Notes under the pieces: model-generated | What the model was told of the DNA's origin: nothing | Seen by the model: only the letters and a program-made list of their open reading frames with translations | Databases searched by the model: none | Program-made: the position numbers and the translations under genes | Assembly: GCA_965372795.1 (NCBI GenBank) | Contig: CBDVDR010000002.1 | Coordinates: 32,001-96,000, forward strand | Direction: 5' to 3' | DNA length: 64,000 nucleotides | From: an uncultured bacterium | Lineage (GTDB): Bacteria; Zixibacteria; MSB-5A5; GN15; FEB-12 | Shown here: positions 39,556 to 48,073 of the stretch, piece by piece | Numbering within the stretch: the first letter of the stretch is position 1 | Layout of the letters: every line of letters starts with the position of its first letter

Positions 39556-40962
39556 ATGACTGAAATATTAGGCAAAATTACTGCCCAATTAGCCGATTCA
39601 ACCGATTCTATGAAAACCATTGAACTGGTTGACCTCATAAATAACAATATAAATCCACCCCAAAAAGTTACTCCTGATGATATCCATATCAGAGCCATGT
39701 ATATTGCCTCTGACCAAATCAACAGTTTTGGAGGAAGGTTCCCTGTTGAAGAACTTACTAACTTGTCCGGATTACTGATTGACTCACCCGTTTTAGTAGG
39801 ACATCGTAAAGATAAATTACCGATTGGGCGTAATTTCCATGCCATCACCGAAGTCAAAAACAATAAAAACTGGGTCAAATCATATTTCTACTGGCTCAAA
39901 TCTGCCGATCAGTCAGAAAACCTGAAACAAAACATAGATGGGGGTATTTATAAAGAATGCTCAATCGGCTTTACTTTCCATTTTGCCGAATGTTCCGTCT
40001 GTGGAAAAGATATCAGAACCTGCTCCCATGAACCGCTCCAAAAGATTTCTAACCGGTCGGTCTATTTTAATTACCGCAAAATCGGAAAAGTCTTGGAAAC
40101 TTCCTTAGTCTATCGCGGGGCGGTACCAAACACTTCCGTCACCAAAGATTTACAGATTGATTATGATAAAACCCTCCGGTTAATCAACCCCGACAATTTT
40201 AAAGATTCCCGGTATCTGATAACCCCGCTGTACGATGGCATCATCCTGTCGGTCTCCAATGAAAATTCAAAACTGATCTTCAAAAACCTCGATGGAACCA
40301 GGCTTATCTCATCCCGTTTAAGTCTGCTCGAAAATCTGAACCTCCCGAATCTGAAAAATAAATTCGGGCTTCTGGTCGGTTATCGGGGGAAAGAAAGATG
40401 CTCCGCCCACCAGCTTGAACGATACTTGAAAAAAATATCCTCTCCCGTGACCCATCTCGAATTTAAAATTATTCCCCACGAAGTTGAAAGCACGCCAGAA
40501 ATTTCCCATGAATCTCTAAAAGATAAAATTAAACCGATCAAACATCACTGGGCAAAAAAAGATGAAATCCTCATAACCTGTAAAAAAATATCAACCAAAG
40601 CAGGCGTTAAAATATGGAACGAATCCCGATTACTGCCTGACTTTACCGGACACACCTTTAAACCTGATAAAGTAAATCAAAATCAAAAAGTAAACTGCTC
40701 CTACGACCCGACGAGTACAAAATTAAAAATCAATCACAACGGCACACCGCATTGTTTCCATATAAATAAATTAAACCTGAAAAGTTTATTGAATGGAATA
40801 AAATTTATTGCTACCCCGAGTTCCGAATTGGTAGAAACGATGCCTCACGAATTAAATCTTGAAGGACATCTCAACGGCAAATTTCTACTCCGTCCGATAC
40901 GAATAAAACAAAAACAACTGTTTCTGTTTTACAAAGCCGTCGCTTCTATTCCCCAAGGCTAA
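39556..40962 (+). CDS. HK97-type prohead protease with a long C-terminal extension
   Basis: PVLVGH, NIDGGIYKECSIGF, CSVCG..CSH insert and LETSLVYRGA in the N-terminal ~200 aa. Confidence 0.7.
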   Translation: MTEILGKITAQLADSTDSMKTIELVDLINNNINPPQKVTPDDIHIRAMYIASDQINSFGGRFPVEELTNLSGLLIDSPVLVGHRKDKLPIGRNFHAITEVKNNKNWVKSYFYWLKSADQSENLKQNIDGGIYKECSIGFTFHFAECSVCGKDIRTCSHEPLQKISNRSVYFNYRKIGKVLETSLVYRGAVPNTSVTKDLQIDYDKTLRLINPDNFKDSRYLITPLYDGIILSVSNENSKLIFKNLDGTRLISSRLSLLENLNLPNLKNKFGLLVGYRGKERCSAHQLERYLKKISSPVTHLEFKIIPHEVESTPEISHESLKDKIKPIKHHWAKKDEILITCKKISTKAGVKIWNESRLLPDFTGHTFKPDKVNQNQKVNCSYDPTSTKLKINHNGTPHCFHINKLNLKSLLNGIKFIATPSSELVETMPHELNLEGHLNGKFLLRPIRIKQKQLFLFYKAVASIPQG

Positions 40963-41689
40963 GGGTGTCGATCAAACTAAGAGTCCGCTTAAGCGGACCA
41001 CCCGATATATTTTGCTGAACCAAGCCGAGATGAGGTGCATAATATTCACGGATTTTTATTACCGGAGTTCCGCTGTAATCATTTTCAAAAAGATCAACAT
41101 CAAAGCGATAGGTGTCGAACTCTCCGGCGGGAACCTGAAGCCGCTCTATCCCGATAAACCGCTTTTGGAAATGGAAACCAAAATATGAATTATAAAAAAT
41201 TCTGGTGCTGTCGCCGGCGGCGGGAGGGTAGTAGCCCGTCCAGGTTGTGTCTTCAACTATAAATCTTGGAATAATCATAGGGGGAACTGAAAAATATACT
41301 AATGAATCAAGATCATTATTCTTCGTCCAATAGCCATTCTGAAGGATCGAAAATTCACTCACCTTATAATTACTCATCGGCGTACCGTTTTTTTTGATTA
41401 TCCAATCGGTGTTGGAACCGCTGAAACCAATATTGAGAAAGGAAGTTATAACATTTACATCATAAACATCATCAAGGGTCGTCACCGTATCAATCTGCAT
41501 ATAACTGAAAGTCCTGCTGTTGGCTAAACCTAACAAACTCAACCCATCAGGATATTCCGACTCAATCGGATCATCATCCAGGTTAGTGTCGGTAATTAGA
41601 ACATTATCTTCACTGCAGCCCCAGATTATAAGGAACGCTAAGATACAAACTATAAAAGCTGAATATTTCCTAAACATAAAATCCTCCAT
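40946..41689 (-). CDS. Lipoprotein
   Basis: Lipobox LIIWGC; ERLQVPAGEFDTY and YYAPHLGLV motifs typical of small beta-rich lipoproteins. Confidence 0.75.
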   Translation of the reverse strand: MEDFMFRKYSAFIVCILAFLIIWGCSEDNVLITDTNLDDDPIESEYPDGLSLLGLANSRTFSYMQIDTVTTLDDVYDVNVITSFLNIGFSGSNTDWIIKKNGTPMSNYKVSEFSILQNGYWTKNNDLDSLVYFSVPPMIIPRFIVEDTTWTGYYPPAAGDSTRIFYNSYFGFHFQKRFIGIERLQVPAGEFDTYRFDVDLFENDYSGTPVIKIREYYAPHLGLVQQNISGGPLKRTLSLIDTLSLGE

Positions 41690-41749
41690 TAGTATTCTAA
41701 TACTAAAAAGAATTTTTCTATAAAACAGTCAACAAAAAAGAGAATTACA

Positions 41750-42058
41750 ATGATGAAAAAGATTTTTGAGATCATCAAACAATGTAACCCGATTATAAAT
41801 ATCGCAACTATCACTTTTGGCGTCATCGCCGCCTATTTCATGACTATCCAATCCTTAAAACTGGAACTGGCAGAGAAAGCCGAAGAAAGAGTCGTCGAAA
41901 CCCTCGACAAAAAACTTAGTAATTTAGAGGTGATCCTAAAAGAAGGGGTAATTAGTAAAGAGGTCTTTTTAAAATTCTCAAACGATATGAACAATAGATT
42001 ATCAAGAATTGAATTTTATCTAACCGATAAACCGGGAGTAAAAATTGAGCAAAAATGA
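41750..42058 (+). CDS. Small single-TM coiled-coil protein (holin-like size)
   Basis: One hydrophobic helix IINIATITFGVIAAYFMTI followed by a coiled coil. Confidence 0.55.
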   Translation: MMKKIFEIIKQCNPIINIATITFGVIAAYFMTIQSLKLELAEKAEERVVETLDKKLSNLEVILKEGVISKEVFLKFSNDMNNRLSRIEFYLTDKPGVKIEQK

Positions 42059-42452
42059 ATCGAACTATCAAAAGCTTATTGAAAACACTATCGCCGAATT
42101 AACCGCCGAAAACTTCGCTGAAATTGATTTTGATAAACTAATCAAGCTCCTCGCCAATCTGAAATCAAAAATCAATTCCGCCATAATCCTTGAAGAAAAC
42201 CATAAAATCCTGCAAACCGATTATATCGCCCGCATCTCCGGTATGCTAAAAGCGATTGCCGTTGTTAATCACAGCCGGGAAAAAAATGAAAACATTCTAA
42301 AACTTATAGAATCCCTGTCCGGCTTGGATGCTCTCTCGTTAACCGGATGCTACCGGAAAGTTTCAGCAAAATTTCGTGAGGCTTTCCCTACAAGTTTCGG
42401 ACTTGTTGATCATATTTATAAACCGAAACTGAATTTTAATCAATACAAATAA
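42045..42452 (+). CDS. Helical hypothetical protein, possibly capsid scaffold-derived
   Basis: GGGAG RBS plus TTG; alpha-helical; lies just before the decoration and capsid genes. Confidence 0.5.
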   Translation: MSKNESNYQKLIENTIAELTAENFAEIDFDKLIKLLANLKSKINSAIILEENHKILQTDYIARISGMLKAIAVVNHSREKNENILKLIESLSGLDALSLTGCYRKVSAKFREAFPTSFGLVDHIYKPKLNFNQYK

Positions 42453-42526
42453 AGAGGGATCATTATCCCGATCATGAGGGAAAATTCATTCCCGATCTGT
42501 CTTAACTAAAAAACAAAAGGAATTAT

Positions 42527-42946
42527 ATGACTGTTCGTGATCATAATCTCGAAACTGTAGCGCCCGTTCTTGCCACCTTTAAAATCTCCCAGACTGCAAA
42601 TGTCGATGATTTAAAAGATACCAATCTGGGCGAACCGGTTGAATTAACAGCCGGAAATACTGTCGGACCAATCTCTGCCGGAAATCAACTGCTCGGTAAA
42701 TTGATTAGTCTCACCCTGAATGATAACGATGATGGCGACCGGCTCGCTACCGTCCAAATCGGCGGCGTCTGCCGTCTGGCTGTCTCATCCACCTATCCTG
42801 TTGTCGGCAACAAAGTAGTCGGCGGAACCGCAGGAACTGTTAAACAATCGCCAACCGTCGCCTCAGACCCCGCCGGTGGAAATATCGCGCGCGGGATTGT
42901 CGTTGATGTCAACGGTACTGCTGATTGCTTAATCTACTTGAATTAG
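42527..42946 (+). CDS. Putative head decoration/cement protein
   Basis: 139 aa, Gly/Val/Thr-rich beta protein (ATVQIGGV, VGGTAGTVK) immediately before the capsid gene. Confidence 0.55.
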   Translation: MTVRDHNLETVAPVLATFKISQTANVDDLKDTNLGEPVELTAGNTVGPISAGNQLLGKLISLTLNDNDDGDRLATVQIGGVCRLAVSSTYPVVGNKVVGGTAGTVKQSPTVASDPAGGNIARGIVVDVNGTADCLIYLN

Positions 42947-42958
42947 AAAGGAAAAATA

Positions 42959-44062
42959 ATGGACTTTAATCAATTTCTGGATCTTCCGGCTCTGTCAGCC
43001 ATGAACAACAGCTCCGATCAAAATCTCCCAATTTCAAACCTCGATTTTGAACGAGCCGCCGCCATCGAATTAAACCGTCAATCCTATCAGGAAGCTGACA
43101 CCCGCGGGATGACACTCTCGGAACTGCTCGAAACCGATGAATACGACCCGTCCCTACCCGGAAGCTCCCTTGATGCTTTCGAACGCCAGCTTGCCCTCTC
43201 CGGCATAAAAATCAACGGGAAATCTCCGACTACGGTCGAACAGTTCTTCCAGCAGGCTCCGGCTCTGCTCCCTGAATTTATGCTTCGTGAAATAAAAAAG
43301 GGGATGGCGATGCGTCCCGAATTAAACCGCTTGGTTGCCAACTCAACCACTATCGCGACCAACAAATACACGCCCTTTTTTATCGACACCTCCGATAATT
43401 CCAAATTTTCACTAAGACCGGTCGGCGATGGTGCCGAAATACCGCAACTGATCGTCACCGAACAAAACCATTCGGTCAACGTCGTTGACTACGGCTTGGC
43501 TTTGAAAGCCAGCTACAAATCCCTCCGCTACCGCACGACCTCACAATTCAGAGTCCTGCTCTGGTACATCGGTTTTAAAATTCAAACCGATAAAATCGGG
43601 ATGCTTGTCAGCACCCTCATCAATGGCGACGGCAACAGCAACTCCGCCGCGATTGTCAATACTTCCGCTTCCGGCACCCTCGACTATGATGATCTCGTCA
43701 GTTTGTGGGCGCAATTCTCACCTTTCGAAATGAACACCCTTATCTGCCATATCGACCAGATGAAAACCATTTTGAAACTGAACGAATTCAAAGACCCGCT
43801 CGCCGGATTCCGTTTCCAAAAAAGCGGCGAACTGTTTAATCCGCTCGGTGCCTTATTGGTGCGCTCTGATGAAGTTCCCTCAGACAGTGTTATCGGCCTC
43901 GATAACCGCTTTGCTATTGAGGAGGTCATCACCCAGCCACTAATGGTCGAATATGACAAAATTATCGAACAACGCTTTGAAGAAGCGGTCATCACAGAAT
44001 CGGTTACCTATGCCAAAGTTATTAAAGAAGCTTCGGTTATGCTCGATTCGGTCTGGACTTAA
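42959..44062 (+). CDS. HK97-fold major capsid protein
   Basis: DAFERQL, VGDGAEIPQ, YGLALKASY, LINGDGNSNSA, LMVEYDKIIEQRFEEAVIT; 367 aa; synteny with portal, TerL and protease. Confidence 0.8.
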   Translation: MDFNQFLDLPALSAMNNSSDQNLPISNLDFERAAAIELNRQSYQEADTRGMTLSELLETDEYDPSLPGSSLDAFERQLALSGIKINGKSPTTVEQFFQQAPALLPEFMLREIKKGMAMRPELNRLVANSTTIATNKYTPFFIDTSDNSKFSLRPVGDGAEIPQLIVTEQNHSVNVVDYGLALKASYKSLRYRTTSQFRVLLWYIGFKIQTDKIGMLVSTLINGDGNSNSAAIVNTSASGTLDYDDLVSLWAQFSPFEMNTLICHIDQMKTILKLNEFKDPLAGFRFQKSGELFNPLGALLVRSDEVPSDSVIGLDNRFAIEEVITQPLMVEYDKIIEQRFEEAVITESVTYAKVIKEASVMLDSVWT

Positions 44063-44070
44063 ATAAATAT

Positions 44071-44309
44071 GGGCTCGGTTTATCTGAAACTCAGACTAAT
44101 GACAAAACACTATTTCGTCATCTCAAACGAGAATTTCGTCGTCTCATACGGAGTATCTCGTCATCTCGAGCGGAGTATTTCGCCATCTCAAGCGGAGTAT
44201 TTCGCCATCTCGAGCGGAGTATCTCGTCATCTCGAGCGGAGTCGAGAGATGAATTTTATGAATAATGATTTTGTCAACAATCTCAAACTCGGTTTACCGA
44301 GCCCTTTTT
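44071..44309. mobile_element. MITE-like insertion with internal 22-bp tandem repeats inside a terminator hairpin
   Basis: Imperfect TIRs AGACTAATGACAAAACACTATT (from 44093) and AATAATGATTTTGTCAACAATCT (to 44283); six ~22-bp units at 44112-44242; outer GGGCTCGGT...ACCGAGCCC-TTTTT. Confidence 0.5.
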
Positions 44310-44322
44310 AAAAAGGCTTAAT

Positions 44323-45732
44323 ATGAAGAAAAAAATAACTCAATCAACAGCAACCTTCACCCTTGGACTATCAAAAGGAAACAAACTTTTCAAAATCCCA
44401 TCGGGGGAGTATGCCGGTCGCATGATCATGATCTTAAAAAACAGTCCGGCAAACATCAAATTCTCTTACGCCGACTCACCCGGTAACATCTGGTCGACTC
44501 TGACAACCATCACTACCGACTCATCCGACACCGACTTTGATGCGGCGATGGATGAAAACGGTCATATCCACGTCGTTTACTCCGACTCCAACAATTTTCT
44601 TATCTACCGCAAACTAACCTTTACCGCCGGAAACTGGACGGTGGGCAATGCCGGCACGGTTTACAGCACCGATCCTTCTTACTACCCGTCAATTGTCCTC
44701 GAACCAACGGGAAAACTTTGGATCGGATGGACCAAGCTCGTCGATGGCTCACGCTACCTTTGCGTTAAATCCTCAACCGACTCCGGAACAACCTGGGGCA
44801 GCGGACCATCAGATGATGGCGAACTGCTTACCGGACCATTACCCGCTGTCTACCCAAAACTTATTATTGGCGCCGGAAATCTCCATGCCATTTACGCTGA
44901 CGGCACCTCTGAACTGGCGGTCAAATCATACCCGATTGAGGGGGGAAGCTGGTCGGCAAAAGTTTTAATCGCCTCCGGATCAGAATTGGACAACAACTTT
45001 GACGCCGCCCTCTCTACCGATGGGATGCTTGGCGTTGTCTTTGATGATAATGAACTCAAATACCGCGAGTTCGACGGCTCCAACTGGAGTGCCATCACAA
45101 ATCTTGACTCAAACGAAGGCTTCATGCCCCAGCTCATCTTTATCAACAACGTGCCATACGTTATCTACACATCCTATCTTTCCGACAGCGAGTACATTTT
45201 AAAATATGTCAGCCGGAAAAGCGGAAGTTTCTCCCTGCCTGCTCTCTTTGATCCTTCGGCAAAAACTTTCGACTCCGTCCAGCTTTACAACTCTGTCTCA
45301 GCAACCTATGAAAACCTGACCTCCGAATCGGAAAATTCAACCACCGCCGATATTTATCATTCATCCTCAAACGGACTGCTTAAAAATATCGGTGATGCTC
45401 TATACCTGGGGATGAATCTCAAATTCCGCTACCTCTATTTTAACCTGTTTACAGCCGGAACCGGCGGAGCCGTCATCTTCAGCTACTGGGATGGTTCCAA
45501 CTGGAAATCGTTCACCCCCGAAGACGGCAATTATAATTTAGATGCTTCTGAAAAGAAACTGATTCTTTTTGATGACCAACAAACCATCCCGCAGGACTGG
45601 CAAAAATCATCTATAAATAATTCCGATAACTTCTGGATCAAAATAGAAACGGTTACCGCCTACGCAACTGCTCCGGTCGGAAATAAAATTTCTGCCGTTT
45701 CTGACATTCATGCTTTTTCGGTGAGGAGGTAA
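44323..45732 (+). CDS. BNR/sialidase-like beta-propeller protein, putative virion-associated
   Basis: SSTDSGTTW Asp-box; GHIHVVY; repeated xDGSNW motifs; no signal peptide. Confidence 0.55.
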   Translation: MKKKITQSTATFTLGLSKGNKLFKIPSGEYAGRMIMILKNSPANIKFSYADSPGNIWSTLTTITTDSSDTDFDAAMDENGHIHVVYSDSNNFLIYRKLTFTAGNWTVGNAGTVYSTDPSYYPSIVLEPTGKLWIGWTKLVDGSRYLCVKSSTDSGTTWGSGPSDDGELLTGPLPAVYPKLIIGAGNLHAIYADGTSELAVKSYPIEGGSWSAKVLIASGSELDNNFDAALSTDGMLGVVFDDNELKYREFDGSNWSAITNLDSNEGFMPQLIFINNVPYVIYTSYLSDSEYILKYVSRKSGSFSLPALFDPSAKTFDSVQLYNSVSATYENLTSESENSTTADIYHSSSNGLLKNIGDALYLGMNLKFRYLYFNLFTAGTGGAVIFSYWDGSNWKSFTPEDGNYNLDASEKKLILFDDQQTIPQDWQKSSINNSDNFWIKIETVTAYATAPVGNKISAVSDIHAFSVRR

Positions 45733-45735
45733 TTA

Positions 45736-46548
45736 TTGTCCTATACCAACAAAGAAATTGTTAAAAGTTTTCTGGTGGAATCGCTTCCGTTATTTGCCCG
45801 GGTTGTCAACCAACCGGTTACTTTAATTGATGATGATTACGTCAGCTTCTTTAACCGATCAATTGAAAGCTCATCGGTCATTGTTAAAAACTTAAAAAGC
45901 AATGTCTACACCCGATCTTCTTTGACCCTTAATGCCAGCACCGTAAACTTTTCATCAATACAAGTCGTCCCCGAATCAGTCGTTGTTTCAAACAACAGCT
46001 CGCTCGGAATAATTTATATCGAAAATTCTGATTTCATCATTGATTATCAAAACGGAAATTTAACCATTAAATCTAATAGCCGTCTCCAATTAAACCAGCC
46101 CGTTACAATTTGGTACCAGACCTTTCATATTTATACCAACACCTCCGATTACCAGATTGATTCCGTCAATGGGAAAATTAAAAAAGTCCCTTCCGGTTCA
46201 ATCGCCGCCGGTGAAACCGTCTATCTCGATTATACTCCCTTAAGTGCTACCTACAACGAGGAACTAATCGAAAACTCAGTCTTCACCGCCAACGGTTTGA
46301 TCGAAAAGGAAGTGGACCCCGAAGCTTCTTTCGGAGCCGACCTGACTCTTCAAACAGCGGCAACTTTCAAAGCTCTCGAAATTATCTGTCATGCCTCCGT
46401 TTTAAGAGAACTATCCTCAAATTCATTCGCCGATAAAAAATCATCCGACTGGATAAAACTGGGGGAGATCTATCGCCAGAAATCGGAAGAACTGATCAAA
46501 AAATTCCGCCCGCCTTTCAGTCCGGCTAAATCACCGACCCATAGTTGA
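45736..46548 (+). CDS. Putative head-completion/adaptor protein with inserted beta-sandwich repeats
   Basis: GAGGAGG RBS. MSYTN N-terminus and helical C-terminus resemble head-tail connectors; two internal DY/DF-xID-xxNG repeats. Confidence 0.45.
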   Translation: MSYTNKEIVKSFLVESLPLFARVVNQPVTLIDDDYVSFFNRSIESSSVIVKNLKSNVYTRSSLTLNASTVNFSSIQVVPESVVVSNNSSLGIIYIENSDFIIDYQNGNLTIKSNSRLQLNQPVTIWYQTFHIYTNTSDYQIDSVNGKIKKVPSGSIAAGETVYLDYTPLSATYNEELIENSVFTANGLIEKEVDPEASFGADLTLQTAATFKALEIICHASVLRELSSNSFADKKSSDWIKLGEIYRQKSEELIKKFRPPFSPAKSPTHS

Positions 46549-46558
46549 GGAGTAAATT

Positions 46559-46933
46559 ATGAACAATGCCCTAAACGCTGTTAAATCAAAAAGAATATGG
46601 TTCATCCCCGATTTCTCAACCTGGGGAGTATCTCAGGAAGCCGAAATAGATTTTGCTCTGGTCGAGGGAGTCGACTCCGAACAAAATCTTTTCTACGGCA
46701 ATCAACCGATTGGCGCCTCGCTGCAAAAGGTAAATTTCTCAGACCTCGTCGATCACAGGGGAAACCCACTGCCGGCTGAAATAGATTCACCCAAAGTCAT
46801 CCCCCGGTCAAAAACTTCCGAACCGATTTTTATTGTCGGCAAAGAATCCTCAAACGATTTCAATATTGCCCGAAGTCATGAATCTTCAGGACCCGTTCCC
46901 GGGGATCTGATGATTATCGAAATGGGCAGTTAA
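46559..46933 (+). CDS. Hypothetical protein of the phage-like operon
   Basis: GAGGAG RBS; co-directional and tightly packed. Confidence 0.7.
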   Translation: MNNALNAVKSKRIWFIPDFSTWGVSQEAEIDFALVEGVDSEQNLFYGNQPIGASLQKVNFSDLVDHRGNPLPAEIDSPKVIPRSKTSEPIFIVGKESSNDFNIARSHESSGPVPGDLMIIEMGS

Positions 46934-47311
46934 ATGACTAAAAAGAAAAAACGAAAAAGGAAAGAGAAAAAGAAAAAAGCCCAACAGGAAAAAACAGAAA
47001 AACAAAAAGAACAAAAATCTAAAACCTTAGCTAACTACATCGAAGTTGTTGATGAACTGATATTCGAATATTACGAAGGACTTATTAAAAGCATTAGAGA
47101 ACTTGAAATTTATAAGTTAGGAGAATTTGTTAAAATGGTTGAATTAAAAAGAAAAATCAGCCCCGCCGATGCCGACCAGAAAAAGTTCTGGAATAAAATC
47201 CAAATCGTCCGTCAAAAAGCTCTGAAAGAAAAAGATGAACAGCGTCCAGCTGATAAAGATGCTTCCAATTCCATCGTCACAAAAAATACAAACGAAGCCA
47301 ACCCCCAATGA
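46934..47311 (+). CDS. Lys-rich basic small protein, possibly nucleic-acid binding
   Basis: MTKKKKRKRKEKKKK N-terminus followed by a helical core. Confidence 0.6.
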   Translation: MTKKKKRKRKEKKKKAQQEKTEKQKEQKSKTLANYIEVVDELIFEYYEGLIKSIRELEIYKLGEFVKMVELKRKISPADADQKKFWNKIQIVRQKALKEKDEQRPADKDASNSIVTKNTNEANPQ

Positions 47312-48069
47312 TCAAACTGATCAAATTCATTATCCTCGCTTTAATATTATTGGCTTCCAATTCTTCGGCATCGGTTGACACCCTTTCTGATACTACCGAA
47401 ATCTATGATGGAATAATCTACTCCTATGCCAATTGCAACTCGGATGTCAATAATGAAAATTGCCGGCGTTATAACGGCGGCAAGGTTGTCAACCTCTCGA
47501 TTGGGTTGAAAGATATTGATGATGAAACCAGAGCCTTATTCATGATCCCGGGCTGGGATGGCACCCTGCCTGACTCGGCAAAGTTTGAAATCTTCTGCTA
47601 TTTGGAAACTGATGCTGTCGACCGTAAATTTTTCATTTACCCGCTCACAAAACAAATTTATGAAGGCACCGAAAATGGCTACAATATTGGGGGATACCCC
47701 GAACCCGACAGCGGTGCAACCTGGTCTCATGCCTGGCTGGATGTTGGCGATAATGATTCCTTAAACTGGACGACCTCCGGCGGTGACTATCTAACTGCTG
47801 TTGCCTGCACTGCCTTAGTCACCCATGAAAACGATTATTTTTCATTTCATAACTTTGAACGAATACTGAACTATTGGGACACCTCGGGCAATAATTACGG
47901 CTTTATAATGATCAATCAAAATTCATTCCCCAACCTCACTTCATCAAAAATTATTCGTTCAAGCGAGGGACCAACCGCAACCGTTCCCAATCTGCTGCTT
48001 TTTTATGCAGATTCGGTTAACTATAATTACAGGAGGAGACAAATTGTCAATCATCTGCTTAATAAATAA
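47308..48069 (+). CDS. Secreted DNRLRE-like beta-sandwich protein
   Basis: Signal peptide; RRYNGG...TRALF...GATW...WTTSGGDY...NYGFIM...SSEG..VPNL. Confidence 0.6.
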   Translation: MIKLIKFIILALILLASNSSASVDTLSDTTEIYDGIIYSYANCNSDVNNENCRRYNGGKVVNLSIGLKDIDDETRALFMIPGWDGTLPDSAKFEIFCYLETDAVDRKFFIYPLTKQIYEGTENGYNIGGYPEPDSGATWSHAWLDVGDNDSLNWTTSGGDYLTAVACTALVTHENDYFSFHNFERILNYWDTSGNNYGFIMINQNSFPNLTSSKIIRSSEGPTATVPNLLLFYADSVNYNYRRRQIVNHLLNK

Positions 48070-48073
48070 GATC

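Noticed and set aside
44112..44242. Possible CRISPR array (22-bp repeats)
   Set aside because: Units are directly tandem with no spacers, and no cas genes are present.
44069..44311. 80-aa ORF
   Set aside because: It is a translation of the tandem-repeat/MITE region, has no clear RBS and spans the terminator arms.
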